Positions 22,801 to 34,800 of a stretch of 64,000 nt of DNA are shown here, one piece after another. The DNA is taken from the NCBI GenBank assembly GCA_950097015.1, contig CATNEN010000003.1, positions 4,154,001 through 4,218,000 of the forward strand, read 5' to 3'. A program made the translations under genes and the position numbers. The stretch's first letter is position 1, and the number at the start of each line of letters is the position of its first letter. Source of the DNA: Macrostomum hystrix (Eukaryota > Animalia > Platyhelminthes). The notes under the pieces were generated by a model, which was not told the origin of the DNA, did no database searches, and was given only the letters and a program-made list of their open reading frames with translations.

Positions 22801-25800
22801 AGTATCTCCGCATCTCACGATCTATACCAATTCTCATAGTCTTCGTTTCCCACAATCTCTCTCTCTCTTTCTATTTTTACTACCTACAAAACTCTTGTCC
22901 TAATTCTTAGTTGCAACAATTATTATTTATTGTATTATGTCAACCCTATAGGGCTATAGTTTCCATCGGATTCCCTTAGCTAAAGGGAAGAGAAGACTAA
23001 ATCTATAGCCGCTCTGTCTTTAGCCTGCCTTCCAAATGAACGACCGAATGGCCTCATGCCAGCCACACCCAGCCAGCTCACCCCAGCCTCACTGTTCACA
23101 CCGCTTGCTTAGGTGGAGGGCGTGGTCTCAGCTATCTGTTGAGCTCGCTTAACTCACCTGCTAACCGCATCAGCTGGCATGTCCTGTTCTGCGTAGCTTA
23201 GTAACTACAGTTAAAGTTGCTTCCAGTTCTAACTGATTCTAGACTTACTATTATGTGTGTCCCTTGTGTATGTCTATACCTATCTCACTCTCACTCTATA
23301 TCCCTCATGATTTCTTTTCTTCTACATTCTTCTTTCATCGCAATCTTATTTACAGGCGGGCTGTGGGCACTGATCATTTAATGTTAGTAGACCCACAGCC
23401 AGCATGGAAGCAATTCTGCCCATTTCGCTAACTAGTAAACACACACGCACACAGATACCATACACAGGCACTCTCGCACAGGTTTGTACATCTGCCCTGG
23501 CTTTCTTTCTCATTGTCTGGCAGTGTACACTCTCCTTGTACCCTGGAGGTGGGTCCTCAAGGGCGTATATTTCACAACAAGCCCAAAAGCCTTTTCGGAA
23601 TCGGAACCGTGCTCAGGGACCTTGATGAGAGGCGAATGCGTTAGACTGCTCTGCCACTGACCCTTCTCATCCCTAGTCTACATCTACTATCCATTCCTAA
23701 TCTACTTCTCTCATTGTCACTCTAATTTTCTCGAATTCCTTCCCTTATCTCGCGTCTCGCACTCGTCTCCGTGTCCCATCCAGAGCAGGCATCCATCATT
23801 GACATTAAAAAATCTAATTCTTTCCTATTTCCACTGGAAAATCAGAATCCTGGGGCAAGTCCCAGCCTTGCCTGACTCTTTCTACCATGTCGTCAGTCCA
23901 TGCGTGCCTCTGTAATCAGAAGCTGCAGCTGCTGCGCGAAGGTGCTCCAACGAAGCTCGGCTAGCAGCTGATCTGGAGCTCGCGTACTCCAATGACTAAT
24001 CAATCCGGACTGCGAGACTGAAATTAAACCTCAACTCCTCACTGCTCGGGAATGCTCGGTTGGGATTTCATTTCGACTGAAAAAGAATCTTTCCCACCAC
24101 CCGCCTGCTTCCCCTGACAAGCATGGACTGTGTTCTCATTTGTGTGTACGAGGTACTGGCCAGATGAAGCTGTGACAGGTTTGACAGCCCGCGCACCGGT
24201 AACTAGTCAGTCCTGATTTCCTGCCAGGCAGCCAGCAGTATTTCAGGCAGCTAATATTCATTTATCTGTTGCTTCTCATCTTTTTCATCTAGCTTCTTTC
24301 GCTTCTATCAGAAATCACTATTTTAGTAAATGACGAAGTAAACGAGAGAAATATAAGCAATCTGGTGCAGTTTGCATTCCATTGGCGTACAAATAACTTA
24401 GGGAAAATATTATAGATTGGGAAAAACTGATTGAGTCTCAGAATCAGCGAACAATGGCAGACGAAATCCATTAGCAATGAAAGAGTTGCATGGTCTGAGA
24501 CTGGGCTCGGAGCTGGCATCAGTCCAAATATATAGTATCGCGGTTTTTCTACGGTTATAATTGCGCTTTAACAGTCTTTTTGCTATCCTACGAGCGAAAA
24601 CCAACCAAAACTCTTCCACGATAATTCGATGCGGAAGTTTCTTTTTCGAGGCTCACGATTTTCAGTAAAACGCTGACATCAAGCCATCGAAGCATTGGCA
24701 CCGTCGGCGAAGTCAGCCGTCGCCGCCTCATCGACAGCCACCAATCCAGCGATGGTGTTCCTAGTCGGATCCTTCTTGACGCCTCCTCTGGAAGCTCCGG
24801 CCGGCTGCTGTGGCCTTGTATCGGTCCAAAGGGCAGCGTGTTGTCCACCGGCCAGGTGCAGCCGTTTGCTGGCCTGATGCGCCATGCTGCAGACCGGGTA
24901 GCAGCACAGGCAAGGCACGAACAGGGCCAGCAGGCAGACGCAGCTCCAGGACTTCAACCGGTCCAGCAGCGTCGACCTAGCCCCGTCGGTGTCGTCTTCT
25001 CCATTTTCGTCGTTTTCATCATCGTCAAAGTCGTCGCCTTTGCTTCTGTCGGTCAGGCTGGCTGCATATCTTCGGGCCGGCTCGACTGCGTTGTTGCTGC
25101 CGTCGTCGGCCGCGCTGTCGTTGCTTCTGGCCCGGCGGCGTCCAGAGCGCAGCTGGCAGGGCTTGATGTAGTCGCCTTCATCGTCGGCACAGCAGTGGTA
25201 TGAGACGCCGTCAGCCAGGGTCAGGCAGGTCAGCCGATCGATGCAGGTCTTAACCTGGTCGGGTGCCTCCGGACAGGCGCCTTTCGGATTGTGTCGATCG
25301 TCGAATAGACGTAGGCAGTAGCGACAAACCTGCTGGTGGGCTCGACCACTGCGGCTGGAAGAGGCCGCCGCCACTGCTGTCGAATCGGTTGGTGCCCCGT
25401 TTCGCAGAGCGTCCTGTCGAACCAGCGGCACTGTATTTCGTCGCATCGAGATTCGACTTGCCTCGCCTCGCTTGATGCCATCGCCAGCGTCTGGCTCGAC
25501 ACCCGAAGATAGCGTCGGTGCCATCGGGGGCGGCGGCGGTTGCGGCGGAGGCATAGGCGATTCAGAGCGACGCAGCAGATGCGGGTCAATGTCGGCAGAA
25601 GTTAGCGAAGTGACAGAAGGCGATAATGCGGGCTGCCGATCCGTGGTCATTTCTAAGAATTTATAAGTTTCCAAGTTTGGCTTGAGTTTTTTTTACTGCA
25701 ATACAATCATGCTCACTTATCTTTTACTACCTGATGCACTTTAGGAAGAAGAGTTTTCACGGCCACTCTCGTGCGCCCAAGTTTTCTTCACGCCTCAGCC

Positions 25801-28800
25801 TCTCAGCTGGCATCTGTGTTCTCCCACGGGAACGGATTATAAGCCTCCACCGAAGCGTCTCACGACCCTGGGCTCCCAGTATCAGCTCAAGCGTTCCAGC
25901 CTACTGAAAAGCTCTCCTTTGTCCCTAGTCACATCCGCAAACCTTACTCCGAAGGTGCTGCCACTTCAAAGCAACACAGAGGAATAGAAAGATGAAAATT
26001 GAATAAGTCTTTCATTCAGAGACCTTCCTGGCTCAAAGGTTCCTCCTTCCCGCAGTGAGGAATTCGCACTTCTCCCCTGGCCCAGTTGGCCTCTGATGTG
26101 GTTAACTTTTTTCTTATTTACTACTATTCGTCAGTCAAGCTGAGCTTTCTACTAGGCCGCTCTACTCACACTCGCACAAGCAGGTCTTTCAACTTCGTTT
26201 CCTTTATTTCGGTGTTTCTTATTTGTTGCTAGTGCTTTTTCCCCGCCAACCCCTCAAAAAAAATTCGCGCAACCGCGCCAGCTGCTTATCGAAGCTCCGA
26301 TTCGCGAGACACGAATACACCTGTGCGTGCCTCGCGTTTGTGGGAACCGTCGATCCTGAGGAGCTGGGTCACGCTTCCAGAAAAAACTAAACCCAACTGA
26401 CTTGTTGGACTTTTTTTCTTAAATCGAATACGACAGAGAAAAATGGGCTTATTAACGCATAAATATAACTAAGTTCTTACCTGAACTTAATCGTTGTCCA
26501 ATTCAATTGTGCGAATTGCCAAAGCTGTGCTATGACTATGATGCAACTAAACTTACAGCGGCACCGCAACTGGTTATCGCCTTGTGGCCTCTTTTGCCAG
26601 AATCCGTCTCGCTCACCCCAACCCTGTACCCGCTCCCCCACCCCCCTCTCTCTCTGCCTCTGCTAGCTATCGCCCTAATCCGATCTTTTTTCGGCCTCTC
26701 TATCCGGCGGGATGGGATTCACAGGCAACCTCCCCTCCTTCTGTCCCAACCATCCGCGTAGCCAGCTGGGGTTGGGCGGTAGGAGAAGCGGCAAGATGGC
26801 TTCATTTTTGGATGACGCAGAAAAAATAACTAGTGGGCGGGGCCATTGTGTGTAGACCATTTCCAATACGAATGACGGCCCCATCTGAGGGCGGCAAGGA
26901 GGCCGCCGGAAGGAGGGGCGGAGCAAGGGATCTGTCCAACCTGCCTCCGCTTCAGCAGCCGGGTGTACAGAGAAATCCATCGAACAAAAATCTGCCTGCC
27001 GGCTCCGCGATCCAAGATTTTTCTCAGCGTTTTTTTGATGTTTGCATTCTGAAGGAATGGATTGCTAGTCTATCCTCTCGGTGGATCAAGGAATAGAATG
27101 GATTGCTTGTCTTGGGTGTGTTAGTAACTAACGAGCCATACAGATCGTATAAAATTTATTCGCCTGTAAATTTACATTTTTCAATTGCTTACTGTAGGAA
27201 CAGTTAAATTATGGCGGTTTGTAGGGCTGCTATAATTGCTCACTGGCCCAGCTGTGTCTCGTGATTATTCGGACTAATTGTCTCCCCTCCCCTTACCTGT
27301 CGATCGGCTAGGCTTGGGGAGACAGGTCACGAAAAACTATCAGTCTTTTAGCCCAGTCACTAATTAGCCAACAGGTAAAAATTGAGACTGATTAAAGAAT
27401 AATTTCTAAGAAAAAATCTTCCACCTCCGCGCATCCTGTTGCAAAAATCTCCCTTCCCTCCCCCCGATCCTCTTTCGCAGCTTTCCGACGTGGGCCGCCG
27501 GAACCGACGGACGCGGAGGCGGTGTCGCCGCGTGACAACAGCAGCACCGGCAAGGCCCCTATATTCAGCCGCCTCCTGCAGCCGGTGCGGGCGCACGAGC
27601 TGCAGCCTGTCAGGTGAGAAGCAGGTGGAGCTGAGGGTGGCTCTGCGCCGTCTGGGCCTGCTGAATGTGTCTTGAATGTTAATAATAAAAAAAATAATAA
27701 TAATTGTAATAAAGTCAGCGTGGCTTGCAGAGAGAGAAGTTTTTCAGAGCAGGCCAAGCCTAGCTCTCTAAATAAATATAAGTTTATTTCTCAGCCTGAC
27801 CAGGCTGACCAATCAGCCGCTACCTCTGGGCGTGCACGCGCTCCAGAGTACGCACATGCGCGAGTACATTGTGTGAGAGAGAGAGAAAAATAACACCCTC
27901 AATCCCCTACTCTGCACTGATAGCGAAACGCAGTCACCACATCCCTCCACACGTAGACGAAAAAGAAGCAAAAAAAAGGAACAAAAAAAAAGAAAAGAAA
28001 ATGCTTCCCAGCACCACGACAACAATAACAAAAAAAAATCGAAGGAGCAAAGACCACGCGAAAGCTGTGAAAAAAAAGTCTGTCAAGAAAAAACAAAAAA
28101 ACACATTCAGTTGTACGTCAACCTGTCCGGGCATTTTCGGCTCCTCTGTGAACGCCGCGCCTGTGGAGTCGGAGGAAGCGGCGGCTGCATGGGTGGCGGC
28201 GGCGCGGTCGGTGGCTGTGCGGGCGGCGGCGGCGTGGGCGGCAGTCGCGGCGGAACCTCTGCCTCAGCCGATTCGTAGCGCAGGTCGTCATTTATTGGCT
28301 GTTCCGTGCTTCCAGAGGTCCGCGGTTCGATGCCTGCAGAGGCTACATGGTCGGCGTGGCGGCGTACAATGCGATCATCAGGCAGCCGGCACTCGTAGGA
28401 CAAAGGCGCCGTTTGTCGGCTGATGCTGGCCGGCAGCCACTTCTGCTGACCCGTGAAATCCCGCACTACGACGTCGTCGCCTTCCTCGAAGGACCTCGAT
28501 CTGGCGCGCCTGTCGTGTTGTAGCTTCTGTGCTTCCTGTCGCCGCGTGACCACAGCCGAGACGTCCGGACGTACCAGATCCAGCAGCGTTCGCAGAGGCC
28601 GGCCCATCATCAGCTGGCTCGGCGGAACGCCAGTCGTGCTGTGCGGAGTCACCCGGTAGGTCAGCAGGAATCTAGCGAGCCGAGTCTGCAGAGCCGCCGG
28701 CCGTCCCTTCACCAGAGCCGCCTTCACTGTTTGTACCGCGCGTTCTGCCAGGCCGTTGGACGCCGGATGATAAGGCGACACCTTGACATGCCGGATGCCG

Positions 28801-31800
28801 TTGCTGCTCATGAAGCTCTCCATCTCCTGGCTCACGAAGTTGGGACCGTTGTCCGTCACCACGACCTCCGGCAGGCCCAACTGGCTGAAAGTCCGCCGGA
28901 GCCTATCGATTGTAGCGGAGCTGGTCGCGGACTGGCAGATGTGCACCTCGATCCACTTGGAATGCGCATCGACCAGAATCAGCAACATCTTGCTTTCGAA
29001 CGGTCCAGCGTAGTCCATGTGGACCCTTGACCACGGTCTGTCAGGCCAGGGCCAGGGCTGCAGCGGCGCAGGAGGTGGGCTTTGCTGATGCAGTTTGCAC
29101 TGCCGGCAGTGCTGCGAGAGCCGCTCGATGTCACCGTCCATTCCCGGCCACCAAAAATAGTTCCTGGCCAGCGACTTCAGCTTGGACGCTCCTAGGTGAC
29201 TTTGGTGCAGACACTCGAGCAGCGCCAGGCGTCCCTGAACCGGCACCACCACTCTGGTGCCCCAAAGCAGGATCAGCGCTGAATCCTGGCCGATGCTAGT
29301 GGCGGAATGGCTTTGTTCTCGTGAAGCAGCCCTAGAAGCGGCTTGTGGTCACTCTTCAGCTGGAAGTTCCGGCCGTACAGATAGGTGTGGAATCGCTTGA
29401 TGCCGAAAACAACTGCCAAGGCCTCCTTCTCCGTCTGGGAGTAGTTCTTTTCCGCATCGGCCAGAGTGCGGGACGCAAACGCGATAGGCCGCTCCACGCC
29501 ATCTATCAGGTGGCAGATGACCGCGCCGAGACCGTAGGGCGAGCTGTCGCATTCCAGGATGACCTCTTTCCCGGGGTCGAAGTGCACTAGAGTCTGGGAG
29601 CTCAGCAGGAGCTCCTTGCAGCGGTGAAACGCACTCTCTTGCGGGCTGTTCCATTGCCAGGCAGCGCCCTTGTCCAAGAGGCGGTGCAGCGGAGCGAGCA
29701 CGCTGGACAGGTTCGGCAGGAATCGTCCATAATAATTTATGAGGCCCAGGAAGCTGCGGAGTTGGGTGACGTCCTGGGGAGCTGGCGCCTCGACGATCGC
29801 GCTGACCTTGCTTTCCAGCGGGTGGAGACCGCCGGCGTCGATTCGGTGGCCCAGGTAGCTCACGGACTCCTGCATGAACCGGCACTTGTCAGCTCGGCAC
29901 TTCAGCCCAGCATCTTGTAGGCGCTGCAAAACAGCTTCCAGGTTCTCCAGGTGCTTTGCGTCATCAGTTCCTGTCACCAGCAGATCGTCGATAAAAGCTG
30001 CCGTGTGCGGTCTTCCTTGAAGCAAGCCGTCCATTGTCCTCTGAAACATACCGACTGCCGGTGAGATGCCGAACGGCAGCCTGGTGTATCTGAGCAACCC
30101 CTTGGAGGTGTTGATGGTGCACAGACGCTGTGATTCCGAGTCCAGGGGCAGCTGCTGATACGCCTGACTGAGGTCTAGCTTGGTGAATTTCTGGCCTCCT
30201 GTTAGCTTTGCGAACAATTCTTCAATTCTGGGCAGCGGGTAGGAGTCCGGCACAACGTCCTGGTTCACAGTGCACTTGAAATCCGCGCAGATTCTGACGG
30301 ATCCATCCGCCTTGAGCACCGGCACGATAGGAGACGCGTACTCGGAGTTAGAGACAGGCTGCAGAACGCCTTGCTCGATCTCCCGGTCAAGTTGCTCCTC
30401 CACCTTGGACTTCAAGGCGAACGGCACCGTCCGAGCTTTGAAAAATTTGGGCTGTGCACCTGGTTTCGTCCGCAATTTCAGTGGTTCGCCTGTGTAGCAA
30501 CCGAGTCCGTCCGAAAATACTGCGCTGTACTTTTGCACCAGCTGCTCCACCTGCTGATTGCCCTGAGCCGGCAGTTCTCGCTCTCGCAACTCCTTGATGC
30601 TTCTCCAGTCCAAGGTTAGTTCAGACAGCCAGTTCCGTCCGATTAAGCTGGAGCCGCTTCCTGAGACCACCACCAGAGGCAGGAGTTTCTGTTCCTTTCC
30701 TGGAATTTCCACAGTGACGCTCAACTGTCCCATCACGTTGACAGGTTGGCCGCCGTAGTTCCGCAGCCGAATCGTGGTCCCACCGAGCTTAGGGATACCA
30801 CCGAGAAGATCCTGGTAGACTTTGGCAGAGATTAGCGACACCGCGGCGCCCGTGTCGATCTCCATCAGGCAGGACACGCCGTTGATCCGTACCGTGGTCA
30901 AGTAGGGTGGTACCTTGGCTGCAACGCTGGGCAGGGTGTTAAGGGAGCTGCAGTCCTCGTCTTCTGCTTCTTGCACGGCGCCCACGCGGGGCTTGGAGTC
31001 CGCACCCGATGCTCCGGCGCCTCTACGGCAAGCAGCTGCGGTGTGCCCGAGCTTGCCGCACTTGAAGCATCCCTTCTTGATGAACGGGCACCTGTCCGCC
31101 AGATGTCGAGTCGACAAGCACCGGAAGCACTTCTGTGGGGCTCGACCGGATCCGGTCGCCTTGGCCTGGTCGACTCGATCGACTGAAGCAGCCGCCGCTG
31201 GGCCAGCCGCCTCCTGTGAGCTCCTGACGACCGTGCAGCCTTTTTCCGCCAGCTCCACCGCTTGAGCGATCTTCAGCGCCTTCTCGAGATCCAGCCCCGG
31301 CTCCGACAGCAGTCTGCGCTGGATCCGATCGTCCTGGATGCCGAGCACCAGCCGATCCCTGAGCATCGACTGCAAGCTGTTTCCGAACTTGCAATCCACG
31401 GCCAGACGCCGCAAACTGGCCAGGAAATCCGCCACTGACTCGGTGCTGGCCCTCACGCGCTGATAGAAATGAAAACGCTGCACAATTTCAGAAGGCTCCG
31501 GCTTCCAGTGCTCCTTTAGCTTTTGGCAAATGTTTGCGTAGCTCGTCTCCGATGGCTTTTCCGGGGCCAGCAGGCTGCAAATCAGCTTGAATGTCTCCTT
31601 GCCACAGACACTGAGGAAGACAGCTCGCTTTTTGTCTTCGGACTCTATGTCGCTTGCAATGAAAACTTGCTCCACTCTTTCCTTGTACTGCAGCCAGTCC
31701 TCATTTTCAGGCTCAAATGGACCGATGCTACACAGTAGGCCAGTGGCCATTAGTCACCTCGTTGCCACTGTAATAAAGTCAGCGTGGCTTGCAGAGAGAG

Positions 31801-34800
31801 AAGTTTTTCAGAGCAGGCCAAGCCTAGCTCTCTAAATAAATATAAGTTTATTTCTCAGCCTGACCAGGCTGACCAATCAGCCGCTACCTCTGGGCGTGCA
31901 CGCGCTCCAGAGTACGCACATGCGCGAGTACATTGTGTGAGAGAGAGAGAAAAATAACACCCTCAATCCCCTACTCTGCACTGATAGCGAAACGCAGTCA
32001 CCACATCAATAATAATTGCAGAAGGGCTGCTGGCAATGGCAGCGATAAGGCAATTCTGCCCATTTCGCTGACTCCTGAGCACACACGCACACAGATACTA
32101 CACGGGCACACGCTCACACAGGTGTGTACATCTGCCCTGACTTTCTCATCGTCAGGCAGTGTACACTTCTACTGTGCCTTGGAGGTTGGCTCTCAAGGGC
32201 GTAAATTGCACGACAAGCCCTCCAAGCCTGCTCTCAGCAGTTGCACCCCAAATAAATGTGGCCTCGCCGCGGAATCGAGCCCAGGGACCTTGGCGCGAGA
32301 GGCAAACGCGTTAGAACGCTCTGCCACTCTCCGCCTTTTATTGGATTTTGCATCTCAAATTTGTCTCATCGCTTAGCTGTCTCGCCACTCATCTCTCTTA
32401 TCTCTATTCTTCTGAGTGTTATATCTAACATAATTTATATATTCTCTTATCTCTCGTCTTTAACATATCTCATGTCGCTCATTTCTCATCTCTCTCATCT
32501 CCTTCCTAATCATTTGAGAGCTTGAACAGTATTCCAAAACACTAATGTGCCATTCTCTCTCATAGCAGTCTCTACTCGCGCCTCATCCGCAGACTCCGCG
32601 TTGAATACTTCGGCGACCCCAGCCCGCAAGTTGCCTGGCTCAGGGAGGGCGCATTGTTGGAGTCCTCGCCGGATCTCAGCATCGCCTCAGCACCAACCTG
32701 GTCCGAGCTCTTCATACCGTCGGTGGCACAGAAGGACTCCGGTATGTACACAGCTACGGCGCATAATCAGCACGGCGTTGCCAACACGAAGGCCCGACTT
32801 ACGGTGCTATCGCCGGAGTCGGCGGGACCAGCTGCGGTCAGGGAGGAAGCCCCGGAGTTTGCCACCCTCATCAGGGATCTCTGCGTGAGTTAGAGGCGAA
32901 TTTCAAATACGAGCTATCAAACAGTTCTACTGTTAGTAGCACTGCAAGCGTCAAATCGTAGCATTTTAAGTATTGCGTTTTTTTTAACTATTTCCGTTGA
33001 TATAAAAATCACAAGTTACTCTCTAATCACTCAGGTATCATCAGTCACTCTCTAATCACTCAGATATCATCAGTCACTCTCAAAAGAATCACTCAGGTAT
33101 CATCAGTCACTCTTAAAATAATCACTCAGGTATCATCAGTCACTCTCAAAAGAATCACTCAGGTATCATCAGTCACTCTCAAAAGAATCACTCAGGTATC
33201 ATCAGTCACTCTCAAAAGAATCACTCAGGTATCAAACTGTATGCCTGTCTGCCACTGACGCTCAGGTGTCTGTCGGCGAGCCCGTGACCCTGTCCTGCAC
33301 AGTGACTGGCCAACCAAAGCCAGCAATTCACTGGCGCCATGAAGGCCAGCAGGTGCCCGAGTCTTCGCCCACCTGTCGCACAATGGTCGAGGAGAGCCAA
33401 GCGATGCTCATCATTTTCGAGGCCAGAGAGTCGGACGCGGGTCGCTACGAGTGCGTAGCCTCAAATCCGTCCGGCCAGGCCGCCTGCTCCGCGCAGCTCA
33501 CTGTCCGGCCGGCCTTGACAGCGTCAGCCACCGCGCCAGTGTTTGCCAGGCCTTTGGCGAGCCAGACAGCGGCGGAGAATCAACGCGTTATACTCACCTG
33601 CCAGGTTGAGTCGCAGCCGCCGCCGGAGGTGACCTGGTACTTTCAGACAAATCCGATTCGGCCGTCGAAGTACTTTGAAATTGTCGAACAACCGGACACC
33701 GGCTTCTTCAGCCTGGTGGTGACCAGAGCCCACCCAGACGACTCCGGCACGTACACGGCTGTCGCTCGCACAGAACTGGGCGAGTCTCGCTCATCCGCAG
33801 TGCTACAGATTCTTCCCCAGCAGCAGCAGCAGCCGGCTAGAATCGTCCGCCCGATGTCGTCGGAGTTGACGGTGCGAGAAGGCGACCGAGTTAGTCTAGA
33901 AGTTGAGGTTGCCGGCAACCCTGAGCCGACTGCGGCCTGGTTTCGAGAGGGCACCGAGATGGATAGCTCGCCCGACTTTCAGGTGAGTGACCTGCTGTTG
34001 CGCAATTCTTTGTCCCCGATCTCTATTAGGAACATTTTTAGAGCACCTGAATAGAAGTTCTCTAGTGGATAAAATTTCCCTGCCTAACGTTTATAGCTAA
34101 AATGTCCTTTGCTCAAATTTATTAAGCTTTTGTCTAACAGGTTACAATCCCACTGTCTAACAGGTTACAATCCCCTTGTCTAACAGGTTACAATCCCCTT
34201 GTCTAACAGGTTACAATCCCCTTGTCTAACAGGTTACAATCCCACTGTCTAACAGGTTACTTTAACTTGTCTAGCAGGTTACAATCTTTTTATAGCCTGC
34301 AATCGCCATCCGTCAGTTTGTAATCCCACAATTTTAAACCGTTGCTTCCCCTGTCAGATTTCAAAGGCAGGCCAGCTTTTCGCGCTGATAATACCGGAGG
34401 CATTTCCTGAAGACAGCGGCAAGTTTCTTGTGCGAGTTGTGAATCCTATCGGCCAGGACGAGAGCCAGTGCCAGCTGAGGGTGCTCGGTGAGTTTCATGG
34501 AGTTAGACTGACCCCAGCATTGCTGCTTGAGGTGCTGTGAGGACTGCATGCTGAGGACTGACTGCATGAGAGAAGCGATAGAGCCGACAGACGCGTGAGA
34601 GGTAGAGAGTTGGAGAGACAGTTGAGAGAGAGTTGGAGGGACAGTTGAGAGAGAGGGAGAGACAGTTGAGAGAGAGTTGGAGGGACGAGAGAGAGAGTTG
34701 GAGAGACAGTTAAGAGAGTGTTGGAGAGACAGTTGAGAGAGAGTTAGAGAGACAGTTGAGAGAGTTGGAGAGACAGTTAAGAGAGAGTTGGAGAGACAGT

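Larger units (their letters stand above)
27705..32005 (-). mobile_element. Ty3/Gypsy (Mag-like) LTR retrotransposon with an internal deletion
   Basis: Two 237-bp TG…CA LTRs; PBS tggcaacgagg after the 5' LTR (resembles a tRNA-Ser primer site); purine tract gtggaggga before the 3' LTR; gag-PR-RT-RH-IN order. Confidence 0.95.

Noticed and set aside
29250-29280. Programmed frameshift or readthrough between RT-RH and integrase
   Set aside because: Conserved RNase H C-terminal residues are missing and there is no slippery site; a deletion explains it.
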